Shown: one piece after another, positions 36,374-45,600 of the stretch | How the letters are laid out: each line of letters opens with the position of its first letter | Numbering within the stretch: position 1 is the stretch's first letter | DNA from: Opitutia bacterium | Lineage (GTDB): Bacteria; Verrucomicrobiota; Verrucomicrobiia; Opitutales; Opitutaceae | Assembly (NCBI GenBank): GCA_016199925.1 | Contig: JACQFT010000115.1 | Location: forward strand, 14,250-78,249 | Length of the DNA stretch: 64,000 bases | Direction: 5' to 3' | Translations under genes and position numbers: made by a program | The notes under the pieces: model-generated | Seen by the model: the letters and a program-made list of their open reading frames with translations, nothing else | Database searches by the model: none | Told to the model about the DNA's origin: nothing

Positions 36374-39300
36374 TCAGTCGGTGGCGTGGGCGGAGACGAT
36401 TTCGGAAATTCGCCCGTCGGTTTCCGGAGCCTGGGCGGCAATCTCGGCGATCAGGGCTTGTTCGACCGCAGCGGCCAACTGGGCGATGGTCGGCGACTCG
36501 AAAGCGCGGCGGAGCGGCAGGTTGGTCTGAAACGCCTGGCGCACGCGCGCGAGAACCTGCGCGACCAGCAGCGAGTGTCCGCCGAGGTCGAAAAAATTGT
36601 CGTGCACGCCGACGCGGTCGCGGCCGAGCACGGCGCACCAGATTTCGGCGAGCACTTCTTCGGTGGTGGTGCGCGGCGCGACGAACGTTTCCGCCGGCGC
36701 GGCCCGGTCGTGATCGGGTGCGGGCAACGCGCGGCGGTCGAGTTTTCCATTCGGGGTGCGCGGGAGCCGGTCGAGCTGCACGAAGGCCGCGGGCAACATG
36801 TGGTCGGGCAGCGTCCGGGCGAGCGCCTGCCGCAACGCCGTCCGGTCGGGCGCCGCGGTGCCCGCGGTGAAATAGGCCACCAGACCGCGGTTGCCCGGCT
36901 GGTCCTCGCGCACGACGACGGCGCTGTCGCGCACGCCCGGTTGCTGCGCGAGCTGCGCGGCGATTTCGTCGAGCTCGATGCGGTAGCCGCGGATCTTCAC
37001 CTGGTGGTCGAGCCGGCCGAGATATTCGAGCGAGCCGTCGGGCAAATGCCGCGCCAAATCGCCGGTGCGGTAGAAGCGCGCCGGCTCGCCGCCCGCGACG
37101 GCGAGCGTCACGAATTTTTCCGCGGTCAACTCCGGCCGGTGCAGGTAGCCGCGGGCGACTCCGGCGCCGCCGATCCAAATTTCCCCTGGCAGACCCGGCG
37201 GAACAAGTTCGCGGTGGCGGTCGAGCAGGACGATTTGGGTGTTGGCGATCGGACGGCCGATCGTCACGGGGCCGTCGGGCCGGCGGAGCGCGACGGTCGA
37301 GTAGGTCGTGGTCTCGGTCGGTCCGTAGAGATCGTAGACTTTCTGCACCGACGGCAACGCGGCGAGCTGGCGCACGAGCGCGGCGGAAAGCGGTTCGCCG
37401 GCGAGATTGACCGTGCGCACGGAGACGGGAATCGCTTCGGTGCGCACCAACTCGGTGACGGCCGAGGGCACGGAGTTGATCAGCGTGACTTCGTCGCGCG
37501 CGGGCAGCGCGGAAAGTTGCAGCGCGTTGTCGGCGAGGATCACGGCCCCGCCGCGGGTCAGCGGGACAAAAATCTCGAAGACCGACAGATCGAAGCACAG
37601 CGACGTGGCCGCGAGCACGCCGCGCAATTCCTCGGCCGTAAACACATCGTGCGCCCAGTGCGCGAACGCCACGGTGTTCCGGTGTTCGATCGCGACGCCT
37701 TTGGGCCGGCCGGTGGAACCTGACGTGTAGATCACATAGGCGAGGTCGCCGGGCGTGACGCTGTCGGCGGGCTCGTCGGTTTTTTCCCCGGCCAGTTGCT
37801 CCGTCCAATGTTCGTTAAGCCGCAGCACGGCGGCGGCGGGCAGCGCCGGCGGCAACGGAAACTCCGGCGCGTGGTCGGCGACCAGCGCCGCGGCGCCCGA
37901 ATCTTCCAGCATGAACGCCAGGCGCTCGGCCTGATACGCGGGATCGAGCGGCACGTAGGCCCCGCCGGCTTTGAGAATGCCGAGCACGCCGGCGATCATC
38001 GCGGGCGTGCGCGCCGTGCAGAGGCCGACGAGGCTGCCCGCGTTCACGCCGAGCTTCCGCAGGCGGTGCGCAATCTGGTTGGCGCGGCGGCTCAGATCGC
38101 GGTAAGTCCAGCGTGTCGCGCCGTGGACGAGCGCCACCGCCGCAGGGGAACGGCGAGCCTGCTGCGTGAACATCGCGTGCAGGCAGACGCCGGCCGGGTA
38201 GTCGGCTGCCGTGCGGTTCCAGTCCACGGTCAGTTGCCGGAGTTCGTCCGGCGTCAGCAGCGGCAGCCGGTGCACGGTTTGCGCGGGCTGTTCGGCGGCG
38301 GCGCGCAAGAGCATTTCGTAGCGCTCGAGCATCCGCCCGACCGTGGCGCGGTCGAACAGCTCGGTGCTGTAGTGGCAGTCGACGGTCAAGGATCCGTCGG
38401 CGTCGGTGACGTTGAAGTTGAGGTCGAAGTTGACGAACCGTTTCGGGCCGCCCGCGAGCTGCACCTTCGTCTCGCCGTAGTGCAGGGCGCCGTGCTGCCG
38501 GCCGAGATTGAAAGTCACGTTGGTCAGCGGCACGCGGTTCGGGTCGCGCGGCAGATTCAGGCGGCGCAGCAGGGCACCGAACGGATGCTGCCAGTGTTCG
38601 AACGCGTCGAGCACGCGGCGGCGGGTGGCGTCGAGAAAATCCGCCGCGGTTTCGTTTTCGCCGAGCCGGCTGCGGATCGGCAGCAAGTTGACGCAATGCC
38701 CCGCGAGGTTCTGGCAGCCGCCGAGAATCTGCGCGGCGGCCGGCACGCCGACGACGACATCGTCCTGCCCGCTGAGCCGGTGGAGCAGCGTCGTGAACGC
38801 GGCCAGGAGGACGGTGAAGATCGTGCAGCCGTGGGCGGCGCTGTGGCGGCGGACGAGGTCGGCGAGATCGGCGGGCAGCGGCCGCGAACAATGCGCCCCG
38901 GCGTAACTGCGCCGGGCCGGGCGCGGCCGGTCGGACGGCAGGTCGAGCACCGGCACTTCGCCGGCGAACTGTGCGAGCCAAAATGTTTCCGCCGCGGCGT
39001 AGGCCGGAGTATTTCTTCGTTCGGTTTCGTGCAGGGCAAAGACGCCGAAGAGCGCCGGCGCCGGCAGTTGGGCGGTGTGGCCTCGGCGCAATGCGGTGTA
39101 GAGCTGCCCGAGTTCGTAGGCGAGCAGGCGCAGCGACCAGCCGTCGCAGACGATGTGGTGCGCGACCAGCACGAGCGCATGGCGTTCGCCGCCGAGCCGC
39201 GCGAGCCGCAGCCGCCAGAGCGGACCCCGGACCAGATCGAACGGCTCCTCGACGGCGCGGTCGACGAAGCGCGCGAGCGCCGGATTCTCGCCGCCGTTTT

Positions 39301-42300
39301 CCGTCGGCGCGCCGAGAGCCGTGACGGGCAGCTCGAACCACGCGGCCGCGGCGATGCGCTGCCGGTCGCCCGCGGGGCTGAACGTCGTGCGCAAGGAGTC
39401 GTGCCGGTCGACGAGCTGTTGCACGGCAAAATGGAGCGACTGAAGATCGATCAGGCCGTGCAGGTGCACAATGCAGGACTCGTTGTAGGCCGCGGAGACG
39501 GCTTCGTCCATCTGCGCGGCAAACCAGATCTCGGTCTGCGCTTCGGTCAGCGGCACCGCGCCGTCGGGCGCGATCGCGGCCGGCGGCAAAGGCGCCGGCT
39601 CGGCGGAGGGCAGGGGCGGCGGCGTCGCGGCGACCCGGCCGAGATGGTCGGCAAGTTTTCCGAGCGTCGAACATTCTTCCTGCAATTGGCGCATCGAAAT
39701 CTCCGCGCCGAACTGTTCCTTCAGCGCGAGACTCGCCTGCGTCAGAAAAAGCGAATCGAACCCGAGTTCGCTGAAACTCGCCTGCGCCCCGGTGTCCTTC
39801 AGGTCGGTGCCCGACAAGTCCGCGAACAGACGGCGGAGCCGGTCGAGCCATGCGCTGTCGTTTCGCACCGGAACCGGATCGGGCAAAGTCGCCACCGTCG
39901 CGGCCTCGAACGGGTGGCGCGACAACTCTCCGTTGCGCGCCGGCGCGAACGCGGGCGACAGCGCGGGCGGTTCGATCCAGCAGCGTTTGCGCTCGAAGGG
40001 ATAGGTGGGCAGCGCGACGCGGTGGCGTTGCGCGGGAGCGTGCAGCGCGGCCCAGTCGACCGCGACGCCGGCGAGCCAGAGTTTGCCCAACGCGGTGAGC
40101 CACGCCGCGGAGTCGTCGGGGGTTTCTCCCGGCCGGCCCAACGAGCACACGACCGGATGCGCGGCGCCGACGGACGGATGTTGGCGCGCGAGCGGCCCGA
40201 GCGTCTGTCCCGGCCCGACCTCGAGGAGGACTGAGCGCGAATCCTGGAGCAACGCCGCGACGCCGCCGGCAAACCGCACCGGCTGCCGCAAGTGCGACGC
40301 CCAATACGCCGGATCGGTCGCCTGCTCCGGTTTGAGCCAGTCGCCGGTGATGTTTGAGACCAGACTGATCGCAGGCGGGTGAAGTTTCACGCGGCGAACT
40401 TCGGCGAGAAACGCAGCCACCGCCGGTTCCATCATTTCGGAATGGAAAGCGTGCGAGGTCGCGAGCCGGCGCGAGACCGTGCCGGCGGCGGAAAGTTTTT
40501 CTTCGAGCGCGACGATGTCCGGCACCGGCCCCGAGATGACGCAGAGCGTCGGAGCGTTCACCGCGGCGAGCGACAGGCGCGGAGCGAGCAGCGCGGCGAC
40601 TTCCGCTTCGGTCACGCGCACGGCGACCATCGCGCCAGGCGGCTGCTGTTGCACGAGGCGGGCCCGCGCCGCGACGAGCGTGAGCGCATCGGGCAAAGTG
40701 AAAACGCCGGCGAGACACGCGGCGACGTATTCGCCGAGACTGTGTCCGAGCAGCGCACGCGCCCGGATGCCGCGGCTCATCCACAATTGCGCGAGCGCAT
40801 ACTCCGTCACGAACAGCGCCGGCTGCGTGAGGGCCGTTTGGCCGAGTAGCCGCGCGGCTTCGTCCCGCCGGGTAGCGTCGGGATAAAGGATGTCGCGCAA
40901 ATCCAATCCGAGCGGGTCACGCAGAATCTCGCAGCAACGGTCGACCGTTTCGCGGAACACCGGCTCGGATTCATAGAGCCCGCGGCCCATGCCGACGTGC
41001 TGTGCGCCTTGGCCGGGAAACAAAAACGCGACGGGCGCGTCGGTCTCGGCGGACTCGGTTTCGAAAATGCGTTTGGAGTCGCCGCTCCGGAGCAGCGCGA
41101 CGGCGTCGGTTGTTTCGCGGCAGAGACACACCCGGCGGTGCGGAAAAAGTTTCCGGCCGGTCTGCAACGTCCACGCCACGTCGGCGAGCGCGGGTGCCGG
41201 CTGTGCCGCCAGACAGTCGGCGAGATTTGCGGTCATCGCGTCGAGAGCGGTGCGGGACTTGGCCGACCAGACGAGCAGTTGCGGCGAGCCGGTCGGCTCG
41301 GCCGGGGGCGCGGCGGGTGCTTCCTCGAGCACGACGTGCGCGTTGGTGCCGCCGATGCCGAAGGAGCTGACGCCGGCGCGGCGCGGAGTGGCGGCGGCGG
41401 GCCAGTCGCGCAAGCGAGCATTCGGCACGAACGGACTGGCGGCGAAATCGATTTTGGAATTCGGCTCGCGGAAATGGAGCAGCGGCGGCAATTGCCGGTG
41501 CTGGAGCGCGAGCACGGTTTTGATCAGGCCCGCAACGCCCGCGGCGGTGTCGAGGTGCCCGATGTTGGCTTTGGTCGCGCCGAGCGCGCAGTAGCCGGTG
41601 GCACGGGTGCCGAACGCTTTGGTCAGTCCGGCAATCTCGATCGGGTCGCCGAGCGGCGTGCCCGTGCCGTGGGTCTCGACATACGAAACGGTTTCCGGCG
41701 CGACGCCGGCCTGGGCGAGCGCGAGCGCGATCACCTCGGCCTGGCCGGCGATGCTCGGCGCAGTGTAGCCGATTTTCAGCGCGCCGTCGTTGTTGACGGC
41801 ACTGCCGCGGATGACGGCGCAGATCGGATCGCCGTCGGCGAGCGCCTCTGACAACCGCTTCAGCACGACGAGGCCCGCGCCGTCGCCGGGCACGGTGCCC
41901 GCCGCCGCCTGGTCGAACGGCCGGCAGTGGCCGTCGGGCGAAACGATGCCGCCCTCCTGGTGCAGCAGCGCGCGTTTTTGCGGAAACGAAACCGACACCC
42001 CGCCGGCGAGCGCGAGGTCGCACTGGTAACCGAGCAGGTGCTGGCACCCGAGGCAGACGGTGACCAGCGACGTGGAGCACGCGGTCTGCACGTTGAGGCT
42101 CGGGCCGCGGAGATTGAGTTTGTAGGAAATGCGCGTCGTCAGGAAATCCTTGTCGCTGGCGAGCAGCGTCTGGAATCCGCCGGCGCGGCGCAGCGCGGCG
42201 CCCTCGGGCAGAATGTTGGCGAGCAGATAGGTGTTGAGACTCGCGCCGGCGAAAACTCCGATCGCGCCCGGGAACTTGTCGGGATTGACGCCCGCGTGTT

Positions 42301-42622
42301 CGAGGGCCTCCCATGCGCACTCGAGCAGGAGACGGTGCTGCGGGTCCATCAGCTCGGCTTCGCGCGGATTGATGCCGAAAAAGGCGGCGTCGAACCACTC
42401 CGGCTGCGCGAGCAGCGCGCGCGCTTTCACCAGATGCGGATCGTGCGCCGGCACGGGTCCGTCGAGTGGCGACGGCTGCAATTCGTCCGCGGAGAAGAAC
42501 GTGACCGACTCGACGCCGTCGCGGAGGTTGCGCCAGAATTCGGCGAGATCGCGCGCGCCGGGGAAACGGCCGGCCAGCCCGATGATCGCGATGTCTTCGC
42601 GGGTTGACGCTTCCGGGCTCAT
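36374..42622 (-). CDS. Hybrid type-I PKS / NRPS: KS-AT-ACP-C-A-T
   Basis: KS: DIAIIGLAGRFPGA, TACSTSLV, ETHGTGT, NIGHLDTAAG. AT: GHSLGEY plus HAFHS (malonyl-type). ACP: LGFDSLFL. C: PLTEAQTEIW, HHIVCDGWS. A: LAYVIYTSGSTGRPKGV, FDLS, LYGPTETT, NGKLDR. T: FFDLGGHSLL. No KR, DH or ER was seen. Specificity residues are DLFNNALTYK (Ala-like). The real start is ATG 42622, overlapping the upstream stop (ATGA). The ORF-track start at 43747 is an out-of-frame extension. Confidence 0.93.
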   Translation of the reverse strand: MSPEASTREDIAIIGLAGRFPGARDLAEFWRNLRDGVESVTFFSADELQPSPLDGPVPAHDPHLVKARALLAQPEWFDAAFFGINPREAELMDPQHRLLLECAWEALEHAGVNPDKFPGAIGVFAGASLNTYLLANILPEGAALRRAGGFQTLLASDKDFLTTRISYKLNLRGPSLNVQTACSTSLVTVCLGCQHLLGYQCDLALAGGVSVSFPQKRALLHQEGGIVSPDGHCRPFDQAAAGTVPGDGAGLVVLKRLSEALADGDPICAVIRGSAVNNDGALKIGYTAPSIAGQAEVIALALAQAGVAPETVSYVETHGTGTPLGDPIEIAGLTKAFGTRATGYCALGATKANIGHLDTAAGVAGLIKTVLALQHRQLPPLLHFREPNSKIDFAASPFVPNARLRDWPAAATPRRAGVSSFGIGGTNAHVVLEEAPAAPPAEPTGSPQLLVWSAKSRTALDAMTANLADCLAAQPAPALADVAWTLQTGRKLFPHRRVCLCRETTDAVALLRSGDSKRIFETESAETDAPVAFLFPGQGAQHVGMGRGLYESEPVFRETVDRCCEILRDPLGLDLRDILYPDATRRDEAARLLGQTALTQPALFVTEYALAQLWMSRGIRARALLGHSLGEYVAACLAGVFTLPDALTLVAARARLVQQQPPGAMVAVRVTEAEVAALLAPRLSLAAVNAPTLCVISGPVPDIVALEEKLSAAGTVSRRLATSHAFHSEMMEPAVAAFLAEVRRVKLHPPAISLVSNITGDWLKPEQATDPAYWASHLRQPVRFAGGVAALLQDSRSVLLEVGPGQTLGPLARQHPSVGAAHPVVCSLGRPGETPDDSAAWLTALGKLWLAGVAVDWAALHAPAQRHRVALPTYPFERKRCWIEPPALSPAFAPARNGELSRHPFEAATVATLPDPVPVRNDSAWLDRLRRLFADLSGTDLKDTGAQASFSELGFDSLFLTQASLALKEQFGAEISMRQLQEECSTLGKLADHLGRVAATPPPLPSAEPAPLPPAAIAPDGAVPLTEAQTEIWFAAQMDEAVSAAYNESCIVHLHGLIDLQSLHFAVQQLVDRHDSLRTTFSPAGDRQRIAAAAWFELPVTALGAPTENGGENPALARFVDRAVEEPFDLVRGPLWRLRLARLGGERHALVLVAHHIVCDGWSLRLLAYELGQLYTALRRGHTAQLPAPALFGVFALHETERRNTPAYAAAETFWLAQFAGEVPVLDLPSDRPRPARRSYAGAHCSRPLPADLADLVRRHSAAHGCTIFTVLLAAFTTLLHRLSGQDDVVVGVPAAAQILGGCQNLAGHCVNLLPIRSRLGENETAADFLDATRRRVLDAFEHWQHPFGALLRRLNLPRDPNRVPLTNVTFNLGRQHGALHYGETKVQLAGGPKRFVNFDLNFNVTDADGSLTVDCHYSTELFDRATVGRMLERYEMLLRAAAEQPAQTVHRLPLLTPDELRQLTVDWNRTAADYPAGVCLHAMFTQQARRSPAAVALVHGATRWTYRDLSRRANQIAHRLRKLGVNAGSLVGLCTARTPAMIAGVLGILKAGGAYVPLDPAYQAERLAFMLEDSGAAALVADHAPEFPLPPALPAAAVLRLNEHWTEQLAGEKTDEPADSVTPGDLAYVIYTSGSTGRPKGVAIEHRNTVAFAHWAHDVFTAEELRGVLAATSLCFDLSVFEIFVPLTRGGAVILADNALQLSALPARDEVTLINSVPSAVTELVRTEAIPVSVRTVNLAGEPLSAALVRQLAALPSVQKVYDLYGPTETTTYSTVALRRPDGPVTIGRPIANTQIVLLDRHRELVPPGLPGEIWIGGAGVARGYLHRPELTAEKFVTLAVAGGEPARFYRTGDLARHLPDGSLEYLGRLDHQVKIRGYRIELDEIAAQLAQQPGVRDSAVVVREDQPGNRGLVAYFTAGTAAPDRTALRQALARTLPDHMLPAAFVQLDRLPRTPNGKLDRRALPAPDHDRAAPAETFVAPRTTTEEVLAEIWCAVLGRDRVGVHDNFFDLGGHSLLVAQVLARVRQAFQTNLPLRRAFESPTIAQLAAAVEQALIAEIAAQAPETDGRISEIVSAHATD

Positions 42623-45600
42623 GGAGGGACGGCGGCGACGGGGGCGGGTTTGCGGGGGCGGACCGAGCGCTGGCGCTGGGCGCGCGCGGACGCCTGCGCG
42701 TGAAGCGGATCGGGCGCGGACGGTTCGCCGAGGCAGCGCGCGAGCGAACGGATGGTCGGATACTGGAAGAGCGCGAGCAGCGGCAGCGTGCGGCCGAGCT
42801 TCTCCTGCAGCAGCGTCTGCACCTGGGCGACGCGCAGCGAGTGGCCGCCGAGGTCGAAAAAGTTGTCGTCGGCGCCGGGGTGCTTCACGTGGAGGACGCG
42901 GCTCCAGATCTCGGCGATGGCCTGCTCGGTGCCAGCGTGCGGGGCCGAGTAAGCAGTCGCCAACCCCGGCCGGGCCGAGCCGGGCTCGGGCAGAGCAGCG
43001 CGGTCGATTTTGCCGTTGGGCGTGAGCGGCAGGCGGTCGAGCATGACGTAGGTGGCCGGCACCATGTAGTCCGGCAGATGGCCGCCGAGGAACCGGCGCG
43101 GGTTTTCGACGACGGGCGCGGGCGTCGCCGCGAGGTAGGCGATGAGCTGCTGGTCGCCGGCGTCGTCGGGCCGCGCCACGACCACGCAGTCGCGGACGCC
43201 GGGGAAGCGCAGTAGCACGCCTTCGATTTCGCCGAGCTCGACGCGGTGCCCGCGGATCTTGACCTGATGGTCGAGGCGGCCGAGAAACTCCAGTTCGCCG
43301 TTTGCGCGGAAGCGCACGCGGTCGCCGGTGCGGTAGATCCGAGCGCCGGGTTCGCCCACGAACGGATCGGGCAAGAACTTTTCCGCGGTCAGTTCCGGCC
43401 GCTGCCAGTAGCCGGCGGCCACGGATGCGCCGCCGATGCAAAGTTCGCCCGGCACGCCGATGGGCACGGGCTGCAGGTGCGCGTCGAGCACGTAGAGACG
43501 GGTGTTGGCGATGGGCCGGCCGAGCGGGATGGTCGCGCCGATCGTTTCCAAGCGATGGACGGTGGACCACACGGTCGTCTCGGTCGGGCCATACATGTTG
43601 CAGACGCGGCCCGGCAGCCCGTGGTGCAACTGTTCCGCGAGCGGCACCGGCAGCGGCTCGCCGCCAACGAGCAACCGGCGGAGCCGGCGCAACGCGGCGC
43701 GCGCGGCGGGCGTCGCGACGAGGGACTTCGCCAGCGACGGCGTGCATTGGAGGTGGGTGATCCCATGGTGGATGATCTGCTCCGCGACCGAGCGGGGCGG
43801 CACCGCGACGCGGGTCCGGCTGCGCTCATCGCATAGAAGTTTCAGACGATGGAGGTGCGGCAGGCCCGCCAGCACGGCGTCGGTGGCGACGCCAAAATCG
43901 ATGAGACAGGCGATTTCGTCGACGCCGAGACTTTTCATCCGTTCGATCGTTTCCACGCAGGACTCCGGGCTTCCGAACAAGCCGTGGCTTTCAAAGTAGC
44001 GGTCGAACGCCGCGGCGATATGCGCCGCCAGCTCAGCGGCGGAGAAGGGCACGCCCGATCCGTCCGTCGGCTGGTCGGTCAGCGAACGAACGAGATCGGC
44101 CGACTGTCGGAGAAAGGCGCAGAGCGGCCCGCGCACGGTTTCGCGGACGGCGGCGTCGTCGGGCCCGACGAAAGTGTGCAGCATGAGCGTGACGGTGCCT
44201 TTTTCCGGATCGTGCCCGTGGGCGCGCCGCGCTTCGCGGTAGACGCGGATTTTTTCCGCGAGTTCGGCGAAGCTCTGCCCGAGCAGATGGGTCAGGACGT
44301 TCGCACCCAGTTCGCCGGCCTTGCGAAATGTTTCCGGCTGGCCGGACGCGGTGAGCCAAACCGGGAGCTCCGCCTGGCAGGGGCGCGGATGGATGGCGAC
44401 TTCGATGTCGGCGTTGCTGCCGCTCGGCAAGCGCACCGACTCGCCGCGCCAGAGCCGGCGCACGACGGCGATATTGTTTTCCAAAACTTGGCGGCGGTGC
44501 GGGAAATTGTCCGGAGCCAGCGCGAAATCCCGGTCGTGCCAACCGCTCGCGAACGCCACGCCGGCGCGGCCGTGCGAGAGATTGTCGACGACCGCCCACT
44601 CCTCGGCGACGCGGAGCGGGTTGTGCAGCGGCAGCACGATGCTGCCCGCGCGCACGGCGACGCGCGAAGTGACCGCTGCCACGGCCGCGCCGGTAACGGC
44701 GGGATTGGGAAACAGGCCGCCGAACGCATGGAAGTGCCGCTCGGGCGTCCACACCGCCGAGAAGCCGTGCCGGTCGGCGAACTTGGCGCCCTCGAGCAGC
44801 AGCCGGTATTTGTCCGCCCCGTCGGCCGAAGATTCTGCGTCGCTCGCGAAGTAGAGCAGGCCGAAGTCGATTGTTTTTGCCAGCGCCGGGGCCCCGGCAA
44901 TCGGGGCCGAGGCGGCGCCTTCGGCATGGATGACGACCTTGAAGCCCCGCGTGAGCGTCCAGAAGAGTTCGAGCACCGAGATGTCGAAGGAGATCGTGGT
45001 CACCGCGAGCCAGCAGCCGGGAGCGGAGCCGGCGGGAGTTTCGGTGCCGAGCGCGCGGTCCATGCCGGCGAAAAAATTCACGATGTTGCGGTGCGTGACG
45101 ACCACGCCCTTTGGCTGGCCGGTCGAGCCGGAGGTGTAGATCACGTAGGCCGAATCGGCGGGACCGGACGCCGGCGCGGGCGACGCGGCGCCCGCATCGT
45201 TGGCATCAACCGGTTCGTCGAGGCAAACGGGGCGGACTTTCGCGCCGGCGAGGAGTCCGAGAAATTTTTTCTGCGTGAGCACGACGCCGGCACCCGAGTC
45301 GCGGACGATGTAGGCCAAGCGAGCGGCCGGGAAATTTGGATCGAGGGGGACGTAGGCGCCGCCGCTCCGCAGAATGCCGAGCAATCCGACCACCATGGCC
45401 GCGGAGCGTTCGACGCAGATGCCGACGAGCTGGCCGGGACCGATGCCGAGCGCGCGGAGGTGTTGCGCCAAGCGGGCGGCGCGCCGGTCGAGTTCGCGGT
45501 AGGAAAGCGTTTCATCGCCGCCGACCACGGCCGGCGCGTCGGGCATGCGGTCCGTCTGCGCGGCGATCAGGCCATGCACGGTCTGGTCCGACGGAAACTC

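Noticed and set aside
42623-43747. N-terminal 375-aa extension of the PKS-NRPS ORF (ORF-track start at 43747).
   Set aside because: The extension overlaps the 3' end of the upstream NRPS gene in another frame and is Arg/Pro-rich junk. The KS domain begins right after ATG 42622, which forms an ATGA overlap with the upstream stop. The same logic was applied to 29736..31145, 30497..32563 and 32164..36441.
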